From Bacillota bacterium (GTDB lineage: Bacteria; Bacillota; DTU030), in assembly GCA_012518435.1 (NCBI GenBank), contig JAAYSG010000025.1, forward strand, positions 7,055 through 71,054: DNA of 64,000 bases, in the 5' to 3' direction. A model generated the notes under the pieces. The model ran no database searches. It saw nothing but the letters and a program-made list of their open reading frames with translations, and had not been told where the DNA came from. The position numbers and the translations under genes are program-made. This document shows positions 9,949 through 18,610 of this stretch, piece by piece (position 1 is the first letter of the stretch; the number at the start of each line of letters is the position of its first letter).

Positions 9949-10130
9949 TTTTTCTTCACCTCATTTCGGCACATACTCTTATAATAATTATAAAGACCAA
10001 AAAAATAACCAACCGCAATAACCGCTGCGACCATTATCCAGGGTCCAGTTTGTTTTAGTAGGGAAGTTAATATCAACCCTGTTCCCGTGGCAATAAAGGC
10101 CCCTAGCCCCAGCATATCAATTGTCTTCAT
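9945..10130 (-). CDS. small 2-TM membrane protein (about 61 aa)
   Basis: Start MKTIDML with RBS GGGAGGTGGAG; first gene of a three-gene membrane operon. Confidence 0.5.
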   Translation of the reverse strand: MKTIDMLGLGAFIATGTGLILTSLLKQTGPWIMVAAVIAVGYFFGLYNYYKSMCRNEVKKK

Positions 10131-10356
10131 AGTGTCTCCACCTCCCAAATGTTCTTTCTAGCTAAAGTGTTGAACGTTGCCAGCCCTAACCAGCGGAGTT
10201 GACTTTACCAGGTGCCCCGGGATGGATCAAACTACAGCTACTATTCCCCCTTCCCATTACGTGTTTAAGTTGTTTGTTAAAAACTTCGCGAAAAACTATT
10301 TGATCCCTGCCAAAGGACAATTTTTTATTTTGTTTTTGGGGGAAATTACCCCCTAT

Positions 10357-10386
10357 AAAAACAAAATACCCGGGTATGATCCCGGG
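10357..10386 (-). terminator. Rho-independent terminator of fmdB-like gene (minus strand)
   Basis: CCCGGG-tatgat-CCCGGG hairpin followed on minus strand by TATTTTGTTTTT. Confidence 0.6.
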
Positions 10387-10396
10387 TAAAGATTTC

Positions 10397-10627
10397 TCAG
10401 GCAGTAGATGATTTTTTATCATCCCTTTTGCTCCCCTGCTTATGTGTCCCAGTTCCATAATCAGTACAATAGAAACCAGAACACTTATAAAGGACATTTA
10501 CATTTCTGCTTATCAAGCGCCGAAGTTTACTGCCACAGGTTGGACACCTTTTCAAAGCAGGTGATGTAATGGAATGATATTCCTCGAAAATACCACACTG
10601 GGGACATTCATATTCGTATGTTGGCAA
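10397..10627 (-). CDS. FmdB-family zinc-ribbon putative regulatory protein
   Basis: TTG start giving MPTYEYECPQCG...CPTCGS (two CxxC pairs), classic FmdB N-terminus; RBS AGGAGGTG 9 nt upstream. Confidence 0.75.
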   Translation of the reverse strand: MPTYEYECPQCGIFEEYHSITSPALKRCPTCGSKLRRLISRNVNVLYKCSGFYCTDYGTGTHKQGSKRDDKKSSTA

Positions 10628-10977
10628 TGTTAACCACACCTCCTGTATACTTGAAACAAAGCCCTCTAGAACTATCCATTTCCAACCCTATTGGGGCAAA
10701 GGATGGCATCTTTGCTCCCCATGGACCGAAGACCACAGATAATACCCCTAGCCCCCGTATTCAGTCCACAGCGCTGAAATTAACCACAAATATACTTATA
10801 CTCCAAAAATCTAAACTTGTCAAGATTGCTTGCCAGAGCAATCGCCAAGGACCCCCACCTTTGCCATCCCTAATGGCCTTAAAAAAGAAAAAACAACTGC
10901 TAAGCAGGAAAATTGCCGAATGATGGCAAATTAATGAAAGAACGCAAGTAAGAAAATCTCTTTGGGGAGGAAATTCC

Positions 10978-13110
10978 ATGGCAACAGAACCCTATGTCTT
11001 AGCCCTTGATATTGGCACCCGCACAATTGTCGGCCTGGTAATGGCTGCTGAAGCCGGGGGTTACCGCATAAAGGCTGTTCAAATAGAAGAGCATCCCTAC
11101 CGTTCCATGTTCCAGGGGCAAATTCATGACATAAATGCCGTTGCTGCAGTGGTCAAAAGGGTTAAGGAAGGGTTGGAGAACCGTATTAAATGCAAACTAA
11201 AAAAGGCAGCCCTGGCAGCCGCTGGACGTACATTGGCCACAGCCCAAGGTGCATCCCGTCAAACCCCCCGACCAACGCAAATGGTAACGGCAGCCCAAGT
11301 CCGGGCCCTGGAACTGGAGGCAGTGCGCCGGGCCCAGGCAGAATTGGCCAATGCTGGTTCCAAGCAGGCTAAAGGCTATCTTTGTGTTGGCTACAGCGTC
11401 CTTCATTATTACCTGGAGGGACACCCCATTTTAAACCTGGTGGGACAACGGGGACAGGAAATAGGTGTAGAAGTCATTGCCACCTTTCTCCCCCAGGTTG
11501 TTATCGATAGCCTTCTAGCAGTCCTGGAGACAGTGGGCCTGGAAGTCCATAGCCTCACCCTGGAACCCATCGCCGCCCTCAATGTCACCTTGTCACCGGG
11601 AATGCGAAACTTGAACCTGGCCCTGGTGGATATTGGTGCTGGAACTTCCGACATTGCCATCAGCCGCAAGGGAACAATTATAGCCTATGATATGGTGCCT
11701 CGGGCCGGGGATGAAATAACCGAATCCCTTTGTAGTACCTATCTCCTGGATTTCCCGGTGGGTGAAAAGCTAAAAAGGAAATTGGGACAAAGGGAGGTAA
11801 AATTCACAGATATTATGGGAAATGGCATCACACTACCCTCAACTCAGGTTAAGAACACATTAAAACCCATAGTGGCCGACCTGGCCCAGGCAATAGCCAC
11901 CACAATACTAAAATTAAATCAAAGAGCACCCGATGGCCTTATATTAATTGGTGGAGGTAGCCAAACACCATTTCTACCACAAATGTTGGCCGAAGCCCTT
12001 GGTTTAAGTCCCGAACGGGTAGGGATTAGACGAAGGGAGTCCCTAGAGGGAATTAAAGGACATCCCAAAAGATTAGCTGGCCCCCAGGCTGTTACCCCCA
12101 TTGGTATCGGTGTATGGGCCTTTAGGGACCATCCCTTCATTTACCGGCGGGTTTTCGTCAATGGTAACCCTATCCACCTTTGGAATTTGGAAGATACCAT
12201 CGTTGCCGATGCCCTCCTAGCTACCAACACCCAATGGGAAAGGCTCCATCCCCGTCCCGGGCTGGCCTTAACCATTGAAGTTAACGGACAACTCAAAATC
12301 ATAAAGGGTGAAATGGGTGAGCCCGCTCAAATCCTTGTCAATGGCAAAAAGGCAGCCCTTGATACTGCCCTAGAGGAGGATGATCAGCTTGTATTTAAGC
12401 CCCCCCGGGATGGGCGCAATGCCACGGCTACCATTGGTGATATATTGAAAGATAAAAGGGCAAAGGTCCAAATCAACGGCCGTTCCGCTTCCATACCACC
12501 ACAAGTTTTTATGAATGGTAAGGAAGTGAAGGATCTGAACACTCCCATCGCCGACCGTGCCCGCTTAGAAATCAAATATTGCCGCCCCTTAAAGTATCTC
12601 CTTAGTGCTGAAGGGGTGGCTGAAAAGGATTTATTGGAAGAAAAATATAGTTACACCCTAAACGGGAAAGGGAAAACAAGTACCCGGAAAAGATATGTTC
12701 TTTTGGTAAACGGACATCCGGCTAGTCCGGAAACATTGGTAAAAGAAGGTGATACCATAACCCATAGGGAATCTGTCCTAACGCCGACCTTGGGGGATAT
12801 CCTTGGGGCTTTTGAAGAAAACATGGAAATCATCCTCAACAAAAAACCCTTCACCTTCCCCCGGGAAATTGAAATCACCATGAATGGGGAAAAGGCATCC
12901 CTAAGTACCCCTCTCACCCCCGATGCCGATATAAGGGTAAGCACCCCAAAACAAATCCTTTTGGCCGACCTTTTCGCCCACTATGACCCCAGGGCCCAGG
13001 GCAAGGGAACCCACCTAATATTAAGGGTAAATGGCGAACCCGCCAATTTCACTTCACCCATCCAAAGCGGGGATGCGGTAGATATTTATTGGGAAGACAC
13101 CAGGTCCTAG
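10978..13110 (+). CDS. FtsA/PilM/EutJ-like actin-fold ATPase fused to C-terminal tandem VNG...GD (ThiS/MoaD- or S4-like) repeats
   Basis: Phosphate-1 LALDIGTRTIVGLV and phosphate-2 LALVDIGAGTSDIAI motifs; from about aa 380, seven repeats of pattern h.VNGxxxx(6-9)L..GD.h.h. Confidence 0.6.
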   Translation: MATEPYVLALDIGTRTIVGLVMAAEAGGYRIKAVQIEEHPYRSMFQGQIHDINAVAAVVKRVKEGLENRIKCKLKKAALAAAGRTLATAQGASRQTPRPTQMVTAAQVRALELEAVRRAQAELANAGSKQAKGYLCVGYSVLHYYLEGHPILNLVGQRGQEIGVEVIATFLPQVVIDSLLAVLETVGLEVHSLTLEPIAALNVTLSPGMRNLNLALVDIGAGTSDIAISRKGTIIAYDMVPRAGDEITESLCSTYLLDFPVGEKLKRKLGQREVKFTDIMGNGITLPSTQVKNTLKPIVADLAQAIATTILKLNQRAPDGLILIGGGSQTPFLPQMLAEALGLSPERVGIRRRESLEGIKGHPKRLAGPQAVTPIGIGVWAFRDHPFIYRRVFVNGNPIHLWNLEDTIVADALLATNTQWERLHPRPGLALTIEVNGQLKIIKGEMGEPAQILVNGKKAALDTALEEDDQLVFKPPRDGRNATATIGDILKDKRAKVQINGRSASIPPQVFMNGKEVKDLNTPIADRARLEIKYCRPLKYLLSAEGVAEKDLLEEKYSYTLNGKGKTSTRKRYVLLVNGHPASPETLVKEGDTITHRESVLTPTLGDILGAFEENMEIILNKKPFTFPREIEITMNGEKASLSTPLTPDADIRVSTPKQILLADLFAHYDPRAQGKGTHLILRVNGEPANFTSPIQSGDAVDIYWEDTRS

Positions 13111-13153
13111 CGATGCCACTCCAGTGAAGAGACTGCTCCCGGGAGCAGTCCTT

Positions 13154-13471
13154 CTATTCTTCCAAGATCACGGCTGTTCCATATACCAACAACTCGGCCG
13201 CCGTTGACATGGTCTGACTGGTGGCGAATCTTATGTTAACTATGGCATTGGCCCCCAGACCTTCGGCTTCCTCAACCATTCTTGCCATTGCCTCAACCCG
13301 GGCATCTTCCAACATTTCTGTATACTCCTTAACCTCACCACCGACTAGTGTTCTTAACAAAGCCATTATGTCCTTACCAAAGTGCTTGGACCGGACAGTA
13401 CTCCCCTTAACTAGGCCCAAGGAGCTACTGATCCTCCGGCCCGGAACCTCCGGTGTATTAACAATGAGCAT
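13154..13471 (-). CDS. YbjQ-family (DUF74) heavy-metal-binding-like protein
   Basis: From internal ATG: MLIVNTPEVPGRRI...GGEVKEYTEMLEDARVEAMARMVEEAEGLGANAIVNIRF, characteristic of YbjQ/UPF0145; RBS GGGAGGTGGGAAGGG. Confidence 0.75.
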   Translation of the reverse strand: MLIVNTPEVPGRRISSSLGLVKGSTVRSKHFGKDIMALLRTLVGGEVKEYTEMLEDARVEAMARMVEEAEGLGANAIVNIRFATSQTMSTAAELLVYGTAVILEE

Positions 13472-13665
13472 CCCTTCCCACCTCCCTCCCCAAATATAGA
13501 CCTCCCTCCAACCCAAGCAGAAACCCAGCCAGCCCGCAGCGGGAATGTGGCTAGTTAAAAGTACTTGGGCGGCATTGCCAAGAAAAAACAACAAATACCG
13601 GCATTTCTTTGCTAAAATTCACCCTTCCGGGAAAGACTAAAGGGAGATATTATCGGGGGGTGAAA

Positions 13666-13827
13666 ATGGTGGGTTATATTTGCCGGGAATGTGAGCGAAG
13701 ATCAAGACTTCCCGATTTTTGTCACGGCCAGGCCATGGTTTTGGAGGGAAGTTACGTCTGTAATAGCTGCAACAGGGTTTCTACTTCACCCGGTAGCTGC
13801 TGTGGCCAAGAAATGGGCAGAATTTAA
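13666..13827 (+). CDS. small cysteine-rich (zinc-ribbon-like) protein, 54 aa
   Basis: MVGYICRECERRSRLPDFCHGQAMVLEGSYVCNSCNRVSTSPGSCCGQE; CxxC...CxxC...CC; RBS GGGGGGTG. Confidence 0.45.
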   Translation: MVGYICRECERRSRLPDFCHGQAMVLEGSYVCNSCNRVSTSPGSCCGQEMGRI

Positions 13828-13895
13828 TAGGTCTAACCGGCTCCCAGGGGGGAGCCGGTTTCACTTAATTGGGAAAAGACGGTTACCATTATTTA

Positions 13896-14600
13896 TTATC
13901 GGCGCCTATTGCCCGAAAACCTTGATGCCAATAGTAAAAGGCGAACAAGGTGTAGGAGGGCTACTAGGGTGGCTGCCACATAGGTTAAGGCAGCCGCATT
14001 GAGGACTTCCTTAGCACCACCAAGCTCCTGGCTCCTTAAATAGCCGCCCTCTTCCAATAGGGTTAGGGCCCTACTGCTGGCATTATACTCCACAGGTAAG
14101 GTAACCACCTGAAAAAGTACCGCCCCGGCAAAGAGAATGATCCCCGTTTGTAGCAACAACTGGCTCTGGAAGAAAAAGATACCAATAATTGCCAGGGGCA
14201 AGCCCAACTGGGAACCAATGTTAGCCACGGGGACTAAACTATGCCTAATATTAAGAGGCAGATAATGGGTTGCATGCTGGATGGCATGGCCGGTCTCATG
14301 GGCCGCAACTCCCAAAGCCGCAAGGGAATGTCCATTGTATACTGGATTGGAAAGCCGGACTACCTTGGAGCGGGGATCATAATGATCTGTCAAATTGCCC
14401 GGGACCATCTCCACACGCACCTCATGCAAACCCTGCCGTCGGAGAAGATCCTGCGCAACCTGGGCTCCGGTCAAACCACTATAGGCCTGAACATTTAGGT
14501 AGCGGCGAAAGGTGCCTTGTACCTTGGCTTGGGCGTACATAGCCAAAATAATGGCCGGGAGAACAATAATCATTGTGGGATCATAAAACAAGGGAAACAT
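13896..14600 (-). CDS. membrane-associated neutral zinc metallopeptidase (Zn_peptidase_2 family)
   Basis: HExxH motif AAHETGHAIQH and flanking TM segments. Confidence 0.75.
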   Translation of the reverse strand: MFPLFYDPTMIIVLPAIILAMYAQAKVQGTFRRYLNVQAYSGLTGAQVAQDLLRRQGLHEVRVEMVPGNLTDHYDPRSKVVRLSNPVYNGHSLAALGVAAHETGHAIQHATHYLPLNIRHSLVPVANIGSQLGLPLAIIGIFFFQSQLLLQTGIILFAGAVLFQVVTLPVEYNASSRALTLLEEGGYLRSQELGGAKEVLNAAALTYVAATLVALLHLVRLLLLASRFSGNRRR

Positions 14601-16400
14601 TTCATCGCCTCCTTTCCTTAAGAAAAAATATGAACCTGTCTTAATCCCATTGTTCCCAAGGGTTATACATTAACCAAATTGCACCCTCAGAATACACAAT
14701 AGCCCACCTTTTGTCAACAGGAAGCCGACCAACCAAACCTTTAAGGGTATATATCCCGCCTCCCCCCATAATTTCAGCCACCTTCCAAGGGATGCATGTC
14801 CAGCAAAGAAATAATTGTTTAATTTGCGGCCTGGGGGGGTTCCCAAAGGCCCTAGGTTAATTGTATAATGTCATTGGGTGGGTCTCCCTTCTAAGGTACT
14901 TGGTTGTATTGCCAACACCATAATACCTTAGGGATACCCACCCTTTGCAACACCTTTTTTAACTGATTAAACTTCTGTGAACGAAACCCTGGTCGTTCTA
15001 CATTTGCACCCCAAAAGACCCTGTCAATGGTTTTTGAAAATGTCACCTAAAGGGCACATAATTTATTCAGTGAAAATGTCATCCTGTATAATCAAGATAG
15101 GGTTAGATTGTATTAATAGTAGTGGCTGTGGTTATATGGGCAACGCCGTTTTTGCCTTGCAAAAGAGTGTGGAGCTTGGGGATAACCCTGTTCCAGGAGT
15201 TATCCCCAAATCCATACGAACGGCATATCCACTGCCCAATAGAGCCATTTAGTGGAGTTGAAAAGCTCGGAGATGGCAAAGGGAAAGTTTTGACCGCCCT
15301 TGACCTAGAGCCTCTTGGCCTATGTCTTACGGAGGCCACCGGTAGCCGCGCTTTACACGGCCTTCAGCCAAAGAGGCTGCCATAGGCGTATTTCGTATAA
15401 AGGGCTTCGCAGGCGACCAAAACCACCAGATAGTAGGTGTAGATTTAATTTGCACTAGCCAGGGTAAACGTAGTATGATAAAAATGCGTTAACCGCATTA
15501 GGCCCAGGCTTGAGTAGAGTTATAGAGTCGTTCTAACAACTCTCTGTCTGACTCCTCATAGCTCACCCTGGGCCTTTCCTTTGCCGATAAACGCCAGGGA
15601 TAATCCTCTGCTAGCACAACCCTCCGTCTTTTCTTCATCTGCTTGCTCTCCTTTTGCACATCCTTCACCTTGGGTTTCTCCCTTAGCTCCTTAGTTTCAT
15701 AAATCCTTTCATCGTACAACACCTTAATACCCCTCCGCATTAATTGGAAATAACCCTCAAGACATTCATTCTTGCTAAAGAACAGGGATAGGATCTTGCC
15801 GGTGGCATCATCAATAGCCCCATGTAGGGAATATCTACCTCCACCAATAAACCAGGTATGGGGTGAAGCATTTATCTGTACCAACATTCCCTCCTGGGGC
15901 TTTCTCTTCCGGCGATGGTGTACCTTCCTTTTGTGGTGCTTTTTGGGGCTAACTATTCCCGCCTGGCTTAGTATCCTATGTACAGTGGGGTAACTAACTA
16001 CTATCCCCTCATGTTCCTCCGACAGTTCCCGGAAGTGATTAAAATTCGCCTCCCGATACACCCCCGATTGCTTTAGTTTAATAATAGTGCGCTTCATTTC
16101 ATCAGGAATAGCATGACTTGGCTTTCCCCCCCTATTTTTGTGGATTATAAACGCAGGTCCTTCCTTAATAACTCCTCCTTTTAACCTGATCACTTGCCGT
16201 TCACTGAGGTTGAGCAAATCAGCTGCTTCCCCGATAGTGAGAATCCCATAAATGGTTTGGTTGATCACTCTTAAGCTGGTGTTCTCCCCTTCGGTCATGT
16301 TAAATATCTCCTCTCTCATAGATGACATTTTCCCTTGTCGTCTAATGAGACATTATCGCTTTTCCGCTAGTGTTCTACAATCTCAAGCTTTTCCCCCCTT
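14601..16400. mobile_element. decayed insertion sequence remnant (transposase fragment plus about 900 bp non-coding DNA) beside tRNA-Leu
   Basis: Transposase pseudogene followed by 897 bp lacking credible ORFs; no intact terminal inverted repeats identified by eye. Confidence 0.4.
15498..16328 (-). pseudogene. truncated/degenerate ISNCY (IS1202-group)-like DDE transposase
   Basis: N-terminal HTH (LTIGEAADLLNLSERQVIRLK), DDE region LVQINASPHTWF (first catalytic D replaced by N) and IDDATG; ends at 276 aa with low-complexity K/R-rich tail, far short of about 450-aa intact family members. Confidence 0.6.
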
Positions 16401-16442
16401 GACAAGGGGAATATCTTGGTCTATACTAAAAAATGCAAAGAT

Positions 16443-16529
16443 GCCGAAGTGGTGGAACTGGTAGACGCGCTGGATTCAAAATCCAGTGGGGGCAACCTCG
16501 TGTGGGTTCGACTCCCACCTTCGGCACCA
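16443..16529 (+). tRNA. tRNA-Leu(CAA), class II with long variable arm, CCA encoded
   Basis: GCCGAAG...CTTCGGC acceptor stem, anticodon loop TTCAAAA (anticodon CAA), long variable arm, T-loop GGTTCGACTCC; TTGACA-17-TATACT promoter at 16400-16428. Confidence 0.9.
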
Positions 16530-16537
16530 GAATTATC

Positions 16538-16573
16538 AAGGCTTCCAGCCAATAGCCGGAAGCCTTATTTATT
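16538..16573 (+). terminator. Rho-independent terminator after tRNA-Leu
   Basis: AAGGCTTCC...GGAAGCCTT stem then ATTTATT. Confidence 0.65.
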
Positions 16574-16772
16574 GCAAAAACTGAGTTTGGCCACCATTTT
16601 GACCACCAAGAAGTTTATCCCTCCATATAACAATGTTGTTTTTTTACCAACATTGGTGGCTGCAAGGGCCGCAGTTAATGTACGAGACCCGATGAGGAAA
16701 CTACCGGGTCTCGTAGGTCATGAAGCCTATAAAATTACAACCAGATAAAGGCGGCCCCGACCGGGAAACAAT

Positions 16773-17039
16773 TCACCCCTCACCGAAACCACTATTTACC
16801 AGCCCACTCAGGGCGGCAATTGCCTCCTGAGCATCTTTACCCTCCGCCCTTAATTTTATGGTCATTCCTTGGCGGACCCCCAAGGCCTGTACATGGATGA
16901 TACTTTTGCCGTTTACAACCTTCCCTTCCCTTTCCAGAGTTATATTGGCCTCAAATTCATTGGCTTTTTTCACAAATTCCGCCGCCGGGCGAAGGTGGAG
17001 TCCACTTTTATTTTTTATCTCCAATAATGCTTCTGCCAT
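16773..17039 (-). CDS. ptsH: phosphocarrier protein HPr
   Basis: 88 aa; active-site region KSGLHLRPAAEF (His15) and GKVVNGKSI. Confidence 0.85.
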   Translation of the reverse strand: MAEALLEIKNKSGLHLRPAAEFVKKANEFEANITLEREGKVVNGKSIIHVQALGVRQGMTIKLRAEGKDAQEAIAALSGLVNSGFGEG

Positions 17040-17282
17040 TTATACATCACCCCTTTGGCAATCACTTCCTAAACTACCCGAACTAAAGGGAAGGAACTAG
17101 GAGTATTTATTTTTCTCCTTTTCCAGTAAATTATCAGCACCAAGTGGTTAAGCGAGGCCTGTATTTCAATAGAAACAACTGATGCGGTCCCTCAGGGAGA
17201 CCACATCAGATGTTCTGCCAGTAATTTATAGGGCGAATCATTGGGCCTACTGGAAATATTAGAAGGGCCAACTACGGTTTAT

Positions 17283-18125
17283 TTAAAGGAATAGGAGAAT
17301 AATCGCAATGGAGATGAATATCCCAAAGGCTGGCGGGTCAGTGTGGGTGTCACCATAGTTAAAGAGGAGGCGTGCACCCAGTTCACCCAGGAGGGCGCCT
17401 ACAACCCCGAAAACAGCCCCCACGACAATACTACCGGTGGCCAAGGCGGCTTGGCCAGCTGGTAATGCCATATGGTGCCAGACCGGGCCGCCGGCAAATA
17501 GAAGGCTAAAGGCAGCTATACCAAAGCCGATTACAGGGGACCCCGTGGCCAGGGAAGAATATGCAGATACTGCACCAAGGCCCAGGCCCATAACTACCAA
17601 CATGGGAATACCCTTTTGCGCCGGCACCCAGACGTTATCTTCCGTTGTTTGTAACAGGCTACCCCCCTCCGGCACCTTGCCAAAGACACCATTGCCCCAA
17701 ATAATTCTGGACAATGAGTTCGAGACAACAACAGTTAGTGCTATGGTATCTGTAGGAAGATTAATACTTACCCAAAGAGAATTAATAATATGTCCAATAA
17801 CGCCAAAAACAGCACCAACAATAAGTGCCCCGGGATCACCAAATTTGATCAATGGAGTAGCAATGTCCTTCCCGGATTCGATTAGATCCCCTTTGCGAGC
17901 TAAATAGGCCGCTGCGGCAACACCACCACAAAAGGCAATGTGGGGCCCAAACATGGGGCCAAATGCAACATTGTCAATTATAGCCGCTGCAGAAGGATCA
18001 ATGGCAGAGGCGGCAACTCCAGCCATTACGGCTAACCCTGTAAACATAAAGGCATTTACACCGCCTATTGCAGCCCCGAAAAAACCACCACCAAGGGCAG
18101 CCAAAATAGTGTTCAGGTCAAACAT
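17283..18125 (-). CDS. glycine-rich polytopic membrane protein of unknown family, co-operonic with dhaL/dhaM-like genes
   Basis: 280 aa, 6-8 predicted TM helices, no MIP (NPA) motifs; RBS AAGGAGG. Confidence 0.55.
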   Translation of the reverse strand: MFDLNTILAALGGGFFGAAIGGVNAFMFTGLAVMAGVAASAIDPSAAAIIDNVAFGPMFGPHIAFCGGVAAAAYLARKGDLIESGKDIATPLIKFGDPGALIVGAVFGVIGHIINSLWVSINLPTDTIALTVVVSNSLSRIIWGNGVFGKVPEGGSLLQTTEDNVWVPAQKGIPMLVVMGLGLGAVSAYSSLATGSPVIGFGIAAFSLLFAGGPVWHHMALPAGQAALATGSIVVGAVFGVVGALLGELGARLLFNYGDTHTDPPAFGIFISIAIILLFL

Positions 18126-18202
18126 AGAAAACCATCCTCCTTTACGATATTATTTTCGCCAGTATCCTACTTCCATAAAACCCAACCAAGGAAAATTACT
18201 CC

Positions 18203-18595
18203 CTAAAGCAGTTTTTCCATATGGCTTGCTTCCTCCGCAGCCCTTTTCACCCTTTCCAGATCATGGCCCATGGCAGATTCCACAACGGCCACCACCGCCC
18301 CTTCCAGGATCGGGGCATTACTAAGTACAACTTGCTCCTGGTCTTCATCCCCCAACATTTCCACGGCCAGTTGGGCATTCATAACCGCACTACCCAGGTC
18401 TACCAATAACAAGACACCATCGGGACCCATTACACCTTCAATGGCCTTCTTAATCATTAGGGGATCGGTGCCAATTCGGCCATCGGCTGTGCCGCCAACT
18501 GCAGCAAGGGGCACGTCACTACCCATTTGCTGGGCAATTTCCTTAATGCCCTCCGCCGCTTTTAAACTATGGGACACAATCACCACACCAACCAC
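18203..18595 (-). CDS. dhaM: DhaM-like PTS EIIA(Man)-type phosphotransfer protein
   Basis: 130 aa; MVGVVIVSHS (phospho-His region of EIIA-Man/DhaM). Confidence 0.65.
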   Translation of the reverse strand: MVGVVIVSHSLKAAEGIKEIAQQMGSDVPLAAVGGTADGRIGTDPLMIKKAIEGVMGPDGVLLLVDLGSAVMNAQLAVEMLGDEDQEQVVLSNAPILEGAVVAVVESAMGHDLERVKRAAEEASHMEKLL

Positions 18596-18610
18596 CGCAA
18601 TACCCCTTCC

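Noticed and set aside
14601-15497. Possibility that the gene-free tract is an OLE-type or other large known ncRNA, or a group II intron
   Set aside because: No GUGYG 5-prime end, domain V or OLE-like conserved blocks were recognised, and the genomic context differs. It is retained only as a generic structured-RNA candidate.
16416-16748. 110-aa plus-strand ORF
   Set aside because: It spans the tRNA-Leu gene and its terminator. It is an ORF-finder artefact.
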